Assembly: GCA_009787385.1 (NCBI GenBank)
Contig: WRGC01000006.1
Span: forward strand, 2,657-66,656
Length of the DNA stretch: 64,000 nucleotides
Source of the DNA: Bacillota bacterium
GTDB lineage: Bacteria > Bacillota > Clostridia > Christensenellales > Pumilibacteraceae
Direction: 5' to 3'
The position numbers were made by a program, and so were the translations under genes. Shown here in pieces: positions 56,605-64,000 of this stretch. The notes under the pieces are model-generated. The model worked only from the letters and a program-made list of their open reading frames with translations. It had not been told where the DNA came from and did no database searches. Positions within the stretch are counted from its first letter, which is position 1, and every line of letters starts with the position of its first letter.

Positions 56605-57918
56605 ATGTTGGCAGTACACTTTGGTATCAAGGACAAGGGTAGGGGATTGGTTGGACAAGTATTGAATAATTCTGGATTTGATATTTGTTTTGTAGATACA
56701 GACAAATCAATGATAGATGAGATAAATAAAAAACAAAGTTATAATATTTTTTTTGCAGATGACGCTAATACTCAAATAAGGATAGATGGCGTTGCGGGAA
56801 TAAATATTAATGGAAGTGTTTTGGATTTAAAAAAGATTATCAAAGATGCCGATCTTATCAGTACAACTCTAAGTATAGGTACTTTAAAAAAAATTGCACC
56901 ATTGCTAGCACAATCTATCAACTATAGGTTGCAACATACCAAAATACCGCTCAATATTGTTGTATGTGAAGATAATCCCAAAACCGCATCGGTATTGAAG
57001 GATAGTATTCTACCACATATAGAGAGAGACTTGTTGCCATTGGTAGAACAAAATATTGGGTTTGTTAATGCGACATTGGATAGAATTATTCCCGAGCAAA
57101 ACAATGAGGATATGTTGTCAATTAAGGTAGAACCTTATTGGGAGTGGGTTGTACAAGATTCTAATATTGTAGGAGCAAAGCCCGAATTAAAGGGTGCAAT
57201 TTATGTACCTGAGTTGTTGCCTTATATAGAACGAAAAATATTTTCTATCAAGACAATGGGTACAGCTCTTGCATATGCAGGCAATTATTTTGGTTTTACA
57301 ACAGTCAAACAATGTATTGCCAACAAAGATATACAAGAATTGATTAAGGGACTTACTAATGAGACGGGTGAATATCTAGTTAGCAAGCATAAATTTGATA
57401 GAGCGGAGCATCTCAAGTATCAACAATCTGTTGTAGATAGACTGTCCAATCCTTATATTGATACTCACATATGGCGTATATGCAACAAACCTATTAGTCA
57501 TTTGGGCGTAAATGAGAGATTTGTAAAACCTGCATTAGATATATTTGAAATGCAAATAGAGATGGATACTAGCCAATTAATGAATTTTGAATTGGGTGTT
57601 ACACCCGAATTGCTCAACAATCTTTCTAAGCAATTTGGTATTGACCCCAATATGGTAAAAGATAGTGATAGTCTAAAAGAAGTATTGAAACAAGTTATGG
57701 GGCAATATAGTGCAGTTTTAGCACCAATGAGCTTATCTAGAGTTATAGCTTTAGTGCTATTGTATAGAGACAGTAATTGTGTAGAAGCCGAACAATTAAA
57801 AGAATATATCCAAACAATAGGTGTAGAAGAATTTTTGCAACAATACTGTGGCATACAAGAAGATAGTATGTTAATGCAATTTGTAGTTCAAGAATACTCT
57901 AAGCTAATTAGAAGATAG
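56605..57918 (+). CDS. Mannitol-1-phosphate 5-dehydrogenase family protein with a divergent active-site/cofactor motif
   Basis: Collinear with MtlD (HFG....GRG..G, PLNIVVCED, GFVNATLDRIIP, YIERKIF). However, GAGNIGRG is replaced by GIKDKGRG, and the K-x4-N-x2-H block reads RKIFSIKTMG. Confidence 0.6.
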   Translation: MLAVHFGIKDKGRGLVGQVLNNSGFDICFVDTDKSMIDEINKKQSYNIFFADDANTQIRIDGVAGININGSVLDLKKIIKDADLISTTLSIGTLKKIAPLLAQSINYRLQHTKIPLNIVVCEDNPKTASVLKDSILPHIERDLLPLVEQNIGFVNATLDRIIPEQNNEDMLSIKVEPYWEWVVQDSNIVGAKPELKGAIYVPELLPYIERKIFSIKTMGTALAYAGNYFGFTTVKQCIANKDIQELIKGLTNETGEYLVSKHKFDRAEHLKYQQSVVDRLSNPYIDTHIWRICNKPISHLGVNERFVKPALDIFEMQIEMDTSQLMNFELGVTPELLNNLSKQFGIDPNMVKDSDSLKEVLKQVMGQYSAVLAPMSLSRVIALVLLYRDSNCVEAEQLKEYIQTIGVEEFLQQYCGIQEDSMLMQFVVQEYSKLIRR

Positions 57919-58021
57919 TTTGCTTGTAGTTGAAAATGATAAATTGAGATTTTTAAATATAACTATATTTGACAATTATATAACAACGATTGTTGCTCAA
58001 TAGCTATGCACAAAAAATTTG

Positions 58022-58050
58022 TTGACTTGTTGTTGAGAAAGGGTTATAAT
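58022..58050 (+). promoter_or_regulatory. Consensus sigma-A promoter abutting the pepV start codon
   Basis: TTGACT(58022-58027)-N17-TATAAT(58045-58050). ATG follows 7 nt later at 58058, with no SD. Confidence 0.5.
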
Positions 58051-58057
58051 ACTAACA

Positions 58058-59443
58058 ATGATACAAGATTTAGCTAAATTGATATCTTTTAAAAGTACAC
58101 TAGGTCAATCTCAAGACAACGCTCCTTTTGGTATAGAAACGGCCAAAGCTTTGGAATTTGTATTGGGTAGAGCTACTGACTTTGGTTTGGATATTGTTGT
58201 CAATAAGCACAAGTATGGTTATTGTCAAGTCAATGGGAGTACTGATGAAATTGTAGGTTCGCTTTGTCACTTAGATGTAGTGCCAGCAGGTGAATTGTCT
58301 AAGTGGGATAGTCCTCCATTTGAGTTGTCTATACGAGATGGTATATTGTATGGTAGAGGTGTTACAGACAACAAGGGAGCTGCTATAGCTGTTTTGTATG
58401 CTTTAAAGCGTCTTAAAGATAATGGAATCAAACTAAAGAGGCATGCTAGATTGATATTTGGTTGCAACGAAGAGACTGATATGTCTTGTATTAAAGCTTA
58501 TGTCAACAATGAAACTATGCCTGTTTGTAGTTTTGTTCCTGATGCTGATTTTCCTATTATTAATAGCGAAAAGGGTATAATGCAATTTGAGATTATTGTA
58601 TATGCTCCAAAGTTGTCAAGTTGTGTTGATATCAAAGGTGGGTTTAGACCTAATATGATACCCGAGACTAGTGTAGTCACTGTAGCTAAAGGAAGTAAGA
58701 TATATGACAAGTTGGCTATGCTTCATGGTGACTTGTCACAAATTTTGGATAAATCTCAAGCTTCTCTTTATACATTGCAAGAAACTGACGAAGGTTATAC
58801 TATAAATGCTCAAGGTATTTCAGGGCATGCAATGGCGCCTCACAAGGGGCGAAATGCTATAATGATGAACTTTGCTTTGCTTGCAACATTGTTTGAGACA
58901 TTAGATGCTTGTGAAGATACAAAAGTATTGTATAAGCTACACAGAATGTTTAACAACGATGAGTTTAAACTAACTTCGGGGCTAGTTGAAGAATGTCAAG
59001 ATAGTGGAAATCTTACGCTCAATCCTGGGTTATGTAGGATACAAGATTATAAACTGATACTCACTGTAGACGCTAGAATGCCTCGCACTTTGGACGACCA
59101 GTCTTTATTAAAAAAAATAAATCATGCGTTAAAGATGTTATCTATTGAAGCAGATATCAAAATATTGGAGTACAAACCTGGATTGTTTGTGTCAAAAGAT
59201 GATCCACTAGTAAAGACATTGTTGTCTATTTATACTAGACACACAGGACTTCCGGGAGTTTGTATAAAGAGTGGTGGTGGGACATATGCAAGACAACTCA
59301 AAAATGCCGTAGCCTTTGGTACTAGATTTGTGGGCGTGAGAACGGATATACACAGTCCAAATGAGCAGTATCCTGAAGCTGATTTATATAAATTGGTTGA
59401 TATATACTATGATGCATTTGTAGAACTTTGTGGTGTAGAGTAG
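58058..59443 (+). CDS. pepV: M20-family dipeptidase (PepV/Sapep type)
   Basis: CHLDVVPAG..W.SPPF, ILYGRGVTDNKG, GCNEET, PDADFPIINSEKG. Confidence 0.8.
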   Translation: MIQDLAKLISFKSTLGQSQDNAPFGIETAKALEFVLGRATDFGLDIVVNKHKYGYCQVNGSTDEIVGSLCHLDVVPAGELSKWDSPPFELSIRDGILYGRGVTDNKGAAIAVLYALKRLKDNGIKLKRHARLIFGCNEETDMSCIKAYVNNETMPVCSFVPDADFPIINSEKGIMQFEIIVYAPKLSSCVDIKGGFRPNMIPETSVVTVAKGSKIYDKLAMLHGDLSQILDKSQASLYTLQETDEGYTINAQGISGHAMAPHKGRNAIMMNFALLATLFETLDACEDTKVLYKLHRMFNNDEFKLTSGLVEECQDSGNLTLNPGLCRIQDYKLILTVDARMPRTLDDQSLLKKINHALKMLSIEADIKILEYKPGLFVSKDDPLVKTLLSIYTRHTGLPGVCIKSGGGTYARQLKNAVAFGTRFVGVRTDIHSPNEQYPEADLYKLVDIYYDAFVELCGVE

Positions 59444-59539
59444 TTTTTGATTATTCTATTGAAAATTACTACTTTTAAAATAATCAAAATTTAGTCATAG
59501 TGTACGACTAAATATAGTAACAAATAAGGAAATAAATAG

Positions 59540-59854
59540 ATGGTTATTCATGCAACAACAGACGAATTTAAGAGCGTCGTTTTGGAAAGTAAAGTGCCTG
59601 TATTGGTTGATTTTTGGGCAGAATGGTGTGGTCCTTGCCGCATGCTAGCTCCAACTTTGGACAAATTGGCAGAAGAATTGGAAGGAAAGGCTTCTATAGT
59701 TAAGATTGATGTAGATGCTGAAAAGGCAATTGCCGCACAATATGAAGTTAGTTCTATTCCTACTTTACTAGTTTTTAAGGATGGACAATTGATGGATAGG
59801 CGTTCGGGTGTTATGAATATTAAGCAACTCAAAAGTATGTTGGGCATGGCGTAG
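59540..59854 (+). CDS. trxA: Thioredoxin
   Basis: VDFWAEWCGPCRMLAP; 104 aa. Confidence 0.95.
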   Translation: MVIHATTDEFKSVVLESKVPVLVDFWAEWCGPCRMLAPTLDKLAEELEGKASIVKIDVDAEKAIAAQYEVSSIPTLLVFKDGQLMDRRSGVMNIKQLKSMLGMA

Positions 59855-59930
59855 ATACTAAAAATAGTATGAGTTGCAAAGCTTGTGGCATAGCTACTGT
59901 TGTTTTTATGAATTGGCATTCGGGAGCGAG

Positions 59931-60881
59931 ATGATACAAATACAAGGTACAGGCAAGTTTTTGCCAAAATATGTGTTGACCAATCAACATCTAGAATCTA
60001 TTGTAGAAACTAGTGATGAGTGGATTACTAAACGCACAGGCATAAAGCAAAGAAGAGTAGTTACAGATGAAAGTGTGGCACACATGGCAATACAAGCTAG
60101 TTTACAAGCTTTGGAAAATGCAAAATGTGATGCTAAAGATATAGATTTGGTAGTGTGTAGCACAATAGGTGGGGACTATATTGTACCGTCGGTTGCTTGT
60201 CTTGTGGCAGGACATCTCAAGCTAACTATTCCAGCAATGGATATAAATGCCGCTTGTAGTGGATTTGTTTATGCGTTGGATGTTGTAGTGTCTTATTTGA
60301 ACAGTGGTAGAGCAGACAAAGTTTTGCTCATTGGTGTGGACAACTTGTCTAGGTTTGTAGATTTTGGCAATCGCAATACTTGTGTTTTGTTTGGTGATGG
60401 TGCAGGTGCGTTGATTGTTACACGAGGGGAACAGCTCAAAGCTATCAAACTTACAACTAAGGGTGGTGGAGAGTTGATGAATATACCCAATAGCGAAGGC
60501 AACGCTCCGTTTACACACAAGTACAATTTGCAACCTTATCTATACATGGACGGACCTGAAGTGTATAAGTGGGCAATTAAAGCTATAGATGAAGAAGTAA
60601 GAGCAGTTTTGAGTATGGCAAATTTGTCAATTTCACAAGTTGACTGGTTTTTGCCACATCAAGCCAACTACCGCATTATTGAGACAGCTTCAAAATCTCT
60701 GGGACTAGATTTAAAACAAGTATTGTCCAATATAGAATTTTGTGGAAATACATCGTCAGCTTGTTTGCCTTCATTATTGCATGATGCCTATATGGACAGT
60801 CAACTTAAATTGGGTGATATTGTTGCAATATGTTCTTTTGGTGGTGGTTTGACTACAGGAGCTGCTGTGTTGAAGATATAG
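59931..60881 (+). CDS. fabH: 3-oxoacyl-ACP synthase III
   Basis: GTGKFLPKYVLTN..LE....TSDEWI..RTGI..R, DINAACSGFVYAL (active-site Cys), HQAN, GNTSSA. The start is at ATG 59931, after GGGAG. Confidence 0.9.
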   Translation: MIQIQGTGKFLPKYVLTNQHLESIVETSDEWITKRTGIKQRRVVTDESVAHMAIQASLQALENAKCDAKDIDLVVCSTIGGDYIVPSVACLVAGHLKLTIPAMDINAACSGFVYALDVVVSYLNSGRADKVLLIGVDNLSRFVDFGNRNTCVLFGDGAGALIVTRGEQLKAIKLTTKGGGELMNIPNSEGNAPFTHKYNLQPYLYMDGPEVYKWAIKAIDEEVRAVLSMANLSISQVDWFLPHQANYRIIETASKSLGLDLKQVLSNIEFCGNTSSACLPSLLHDAYMDSQLKLGDIVAICSFGGGLTTGAAVLKI

Positions 60882-60965
60882 CTTTTATATTGATAAATTT
60901 CTAATTATTGTAAACTATACAAAATATATTACAAAACTAAAAATTAACGAATAGGGGAATAAATT

Positions 60966-61184
60966 ATGTTTGATAAAGTAGCAAAATTGCTAAGTGACAA
61001 TAGGGGTATAGAAATAGACAAAATTACACCAACTTCAACATTTGCAGATTTGGGATTAGATAGCTTGGATGTGGTAGATTTGCTTATGGTTTTTGAAGAT
61101 GAGTTTAAGGTAACTATTGAGTTGAATGACAATATTAAGACTGTTGGTGATGTTGCCAATCTTATACAAAGCCTAAAGAAATAG
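60966..61184 (+). CDS. acpP: Acyl carrier protein
   Basis: DLGLDSLDVVDLLM (phosphopantetheine-attachment Ser in DSL); 72 aa. Confidence 0.9.
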   Translation: MFDKVAKLLSDNRGIEIDKITPTSTFADLGLDSLDVVDLLMVFEDEFKVTIELNDNIKTVGDVANLIQSLKK

Positions 61185-61200
61185 GCAAGGGTATTTGATT

Positions 61201-62073
61201 ATGTCAAAAACAGCTTTACTATTTTCAGGACAGGGAGCTCAATTCTCTGGAATGGGCAAAGATTATTATAAGCATTCTAGTCAAGCTAGGCAATTGTTTG
61301 ACGAGTTGTCTCAATATAGAGATGATATTACATCACTTTGTTTTGAAAGTTCATCTCAAAATCTTAATTTTACAATAAATGCTCAACCTGCACTCTTTGC
61401 TACAGGACTTGCAGGTGCTTTTGCTTGGACTGAACAAAATGGAAAAAAGCCTGATTGTATTGCAGGGTTTAGTCTTGGAGAAATTCCAGCGTTGGTATTT
61501 TGTGGTGCTTTAAGCGTGTATGATGGTTGGCGTCTAGTATGCAAGAGAGCTGAGTTGATGCAATTATGTGCAGAAAATACCAATGGTGGTATGGCAGCTG
61601 TGGTAGGTTTGAGTGTAGATAAGGTTATTGATTTAGTTGCAATTGTCAATCAACATTCAAATGATTTGTGGTGTGCTAATTATAATAGTTTTATGCAAAC
61701 GGTAGTAGCCGGAGATTTGAATGCAATAGATAAATTGTCAAACAAAGTTTCAAGTAGTGGTGGACGATTAATAAAACTTAGGGTGAGTGGTGCATTTCAT
61801 TGTCCTTATATGGAGCAAGCACAAATAGGTTTGGCTAATTTTTTGGAGACTTTGCAATTCAATCACATAGATATTCCGTTGTATAGCAATATAGATGGCA
61901 ATTTATATACGGATAAAGATATAAAATCTAGAGTAGCATTGCAATTAACAAGCCCTGTTAGGTGGATAAATATCATACAAAATATGCAAGATTATGGAGT
62001 TGAGCAATTTGTTGAAGTTGGTGCAGGCAATGTATTGACAGGATTGGTAAATAAGATAGTAAATTGCAACTAA
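61201..62073 (+). CDS. fabD: Malonyl-CoA:ACP transacylase
   Basis: LFSGQGAQFSGMG, GFSLGE, VSGAFHCPYM. Confidence 0.9.
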   Translation: MSKTALLFSGQGAQFSGMGKDYYKHSSQARQLFDELSQYRDDITSLCFESSSQNLNFTINAQPALFATGLAGAFAWTEQNGKKPDCIAGFSLGEIPALVFCGALSVYDGWRLVCKRAELMQLCAENTNGGMAAVVGLSVDKVIDLVAIVNQHSNDLWCANYNSFMQTVVAGDLNAIDKLSNKVSSSGGRLIKLRVSGAFHCPYMEQAQIGLANFLETLQFNHIDIPLYSNIDGNLYTDKDIKSRVALQLTSPVRWINIIQNMQDYGVEQFVEVGAGNVLTGLVNKIVNCN

Positions 62074-62153
62074 ATAGTGTGATATAAATATATTGTTGTT
62101 GTTTTAGTTTTTTTATAAAATATATGACTATGTCAAATATATAGGTAAGTAGT

Positions 62154-62909
62154 ATGAAAAATATTTTTGAACTAGATGACAAGGTTGCTCTAATTACAGG
62201 TGGAAGTCGTGGTATTGGTGCAACAACAGCTGTACAACTTGCAAAGTATGGTGCTAGCATTGCTATAGTGTATGGTGGAGATACAAATGGAGCAAAGGTT
62301 ACAGCTGACACTATTGTTGAAAATGGTGGCAAAGTTAAAACATATCAATGTGATGTAGCCAATTTTGAAGCTTGCAAGAAGACAATAGAATGTATACTTG
62401 CAGATTGGAATAAGGTAGATATATTGGTCAACAATGCAGGAATAACTAGAGACAAGTTGGTTTTGCAAATGAATGAAGATGATTGGGATAGCGTATTGGA
62501 TATCAATCTTAAGGGTGCATTTAATATGATAAGACATCTTTATCCACAATTTGTCAAAAATAGAAAGGGTAATATAATAAATGTATCTAGTATAGCAGGT
62601 TGTGATGGAAATTTGGGGCAAGCTAACTACAGTAGTTCTAAGTCAGGCTTGATTGGTCTTACTAAGTCTATAGCAAAGGAGTTGGGAAGTAGGGGTATCA
62701 ATTGCAATGCTATAGCTCCGGGTTTTATTAGTACTCAAATGACAGATAGTTTGAGTCAAGAATTGAAGGATAAAGCTATAAATAGTATACCTCTTAAGCG
62801 TATGGGAACTGTAGAAGATGTTGCTAGTACAATTGTTTTTTTGGCAAGTCCAATGGCTAAGTATATTACTGGGCAAGTATTGCGTATAGATGGTGGATTG
62901 ACACTTTGA
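62154..62909 (+). CDS. fabG: 3-oxoacyl-ACP reductase
   Basis: TGGSRGIG, NNAGIT, S..YSSSK (SDR catalytic triad region). Confidence 0.9.
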   Translation: MKNIFELDDKVALITGGSRGIGATTAVQLAKYGASIAIVYGGDTNGAKVTADTIVENGGKVKTYQCDVANFEACKKTIECILADWNKVDILVNNAGITRDKLVLQMNEDDWDSVLDINLKGAFNMIRHLYPQFVKNRKGNIINVSSIAGCDGNLGQANYSSSKSGLIGLTKSIAKELGSRGINCNAIAPGFISTQMTDSLSQELKDKAINSIPLKRMGTVEDVASTIVFLASPMAKYITGQVLRIDGGLTL

Positions 62910-62996
62910 TTGTATTTCAATCAGGATAAGTATACAACATCAAATTTATGATTATTGAGATATCACAGCAGTTTTAATACAAAATGGAGTTTTGTT

Positions 62997-64000
62997 ATGC
63001 ATTCAAAAAGAGTTGTGGTCACAGGTATGGGAGTAGTTAGTCCTATTGGAAATAGTGTGGATAGTTTTTGGGATAGTTTGATAAAAGGTAAAAGTGGTAT
63101 TGGAAGACTGACTAGATTTGATACATCTAACTACAAAGTTAAGATTGGGGCAGAAGTCAAAGAGTTTTGTGCTGATGGTATATTGGATGCAAGTAGCTTG
63201 CGACGCAATGATTTGTATGCTTCTTACGCCGTAGTTGCGGCACATCAGGCAGTATTGCAAAGTGGAATTTTGGGCAACATATCCCCTGATAAATTTGGGG
63301 TATATGTAGGTAGTGGCATAGGTGGAATTAATACTCTCATAAATAATCAAAATACTTTGATAGAAAAAGGACCTAATAGAGTTTCGCCATATCTTGTTCC
63401 AATGATGATAGCAAACATCGCTTCAGGCTTGATAGCAATCAAGTACAATGCTAAGGGTATCAACCTAGCACATGTGAGTGCTTGTGCCACTGCTACACAT
63501 AGTATAGGTGAGGCTTATAGAGCTATTCAAGGTGGTTATGCAGATGCAGTGTTGGCGGGTGGAAGTGAAGCTCCAATTTGTGGATTGTCTATTGCAGGAT
63601 TTACCAATTGTATGGCACTGAGTCTCAACCCTGACCCTAATACAGCTTGTAGACCATTTGATAAGGATAGAGATGGTTTTGTAATAGGTGAAGGGGCTGG
63701 AATACTTTTGTTGGAGAGTTATGACCATGCCAAAGCTAGAAATGCCACAATTTTGTGTGAGATGGTAGCATATAGCAATACTTGTGATGCTCATCACATT
63801 ACATCACCTGATCCTGATGCCTTTTCTGGTACTAACGCTATACGGCAAGTGATAAAACAAGCAAGTATACAATCATCTTCCCAAGTATATGTCAATGCTC
63901 ATGGTACTAGCACTCCACTTAATGATAAGATAGAAAGTATAGCAATCAAACAATCTTTTGGCGAACAGGCATTTAAATTGTCAATCTCAAGCACTAAGTC
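62997..64000 (+). CDS. fabF: 3-oxoacyl-ACP synthase II, N-terminal roughly 334 codons (runs off the 3' edge; not in the ORF track)
   Basis: Translated by eye: MHSKRVVVTGMGVVSPIGNSVDSFWDSLIKGKSGIGRLTRFDTSNYKVKIGAEVKEF... and later AHVSACATATHSIGEAYRAIQ (active-site Cys). SD GGAG lies 8 nt upstream. Confidence 0.85.
   Translation, partial: MHSKRVVVTGMGVVSPIGNSVDSFWDSLIKGKSGIGRLTRFDTSNYKVKIGAEVKEFCADGILDASSLRRNDLYASYAVVAAHQAVLQSGILGNISPDKFGVYVGSGIGGINTLINNQNTLIEKGPNRVSPYLVPMMIANIASGLIAIKYNAKGINLAHVSACATATHSIGEAYRAIQGGYADAVLAGGSEAPICGLSIAGFTNCMALSLNPDPNTACRPFDKDRDGFVIGEGAGILLLESYDHAKARNATILCEMVAYSNTCDAHHITSPDPDAFSGTNAIRQVIKQASIQSSSQVYVNAHGTSTPLNDKIESIAIKQSFGEQAFKLSISSTK

Noticed and set aside
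60966-62073. The absence of fabK/fabI and fabZ from the fab cluster, considered as a possible anomaly.
   Set aside because: The cluster runs off the 3' edge of the window at fabF. The missing genes may simply lie downstream or elsewhere in the genome.

Overview
The window looks like chromosomal DNA from a low-GC, endospore-forming Firmicute (Clostridia-like) using the standard genetic code; for example, murC ends in TGA. About 55 protein genes can be supported.

Gene content:
- Sporulation: a spoIIIAC(partial)-AD-AE-AF-AG-AH operon, spoIIR and a DUF1540 gene.
- Housekeeping: aroF, tadA, purB, recX, acpS, murC, pgi, nrdR, ftsH, eno, manA, trxA, pepV and a fabH-acpP-fabD-fabG-fabF(partial) cluster.
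- Repair: addA and addB (not adjacent) and a short UvrA paralogue.
- Defence and toxin-antitoxin: a mazE-like/mazF pair and an AAA-ATPase + RloB (AbiL-like) pair.
- Other: a minus-strand ABC-transporter operon ending in an H-domain-only [FeFe]-hydrogenase-like gene, and tmRNA (ssrA, minus strand).
- Surface proteins: five paralogous proteins built from Listeria-Bacteroides (Flg_new-type) repeats or a GH18 domain. Each has a C-terminal TM anchor plus basic tail and no LPXTG.

Most striking unexplained signal: a roughly 190-bp intergenic element bounded by terminal inverted repeats and carrying central hairpins. It occurs 16 times in both orientations, about 5% of the window. Eight copies lie within 9.6 kb, where they separate single-gene units. 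I do not recognise it as a named repeat family.

Other points of interest:
- A (TATC)9 tract 12 nt into a surface-protein gene, a candidate phase-variation switch.
- Several canonical sigma-A promoters that directly abut start codons, suggesting leaderless mRNAs.
- Two enzyme-family members with substituted catalytic motifs.

No rRNA, tRNA, CRISPR array, transposase or integrase was seen.

All protein calls rest on motif recognition by eye. Coordinates of repeat copies, promoters and adjusted start codons are approximate.
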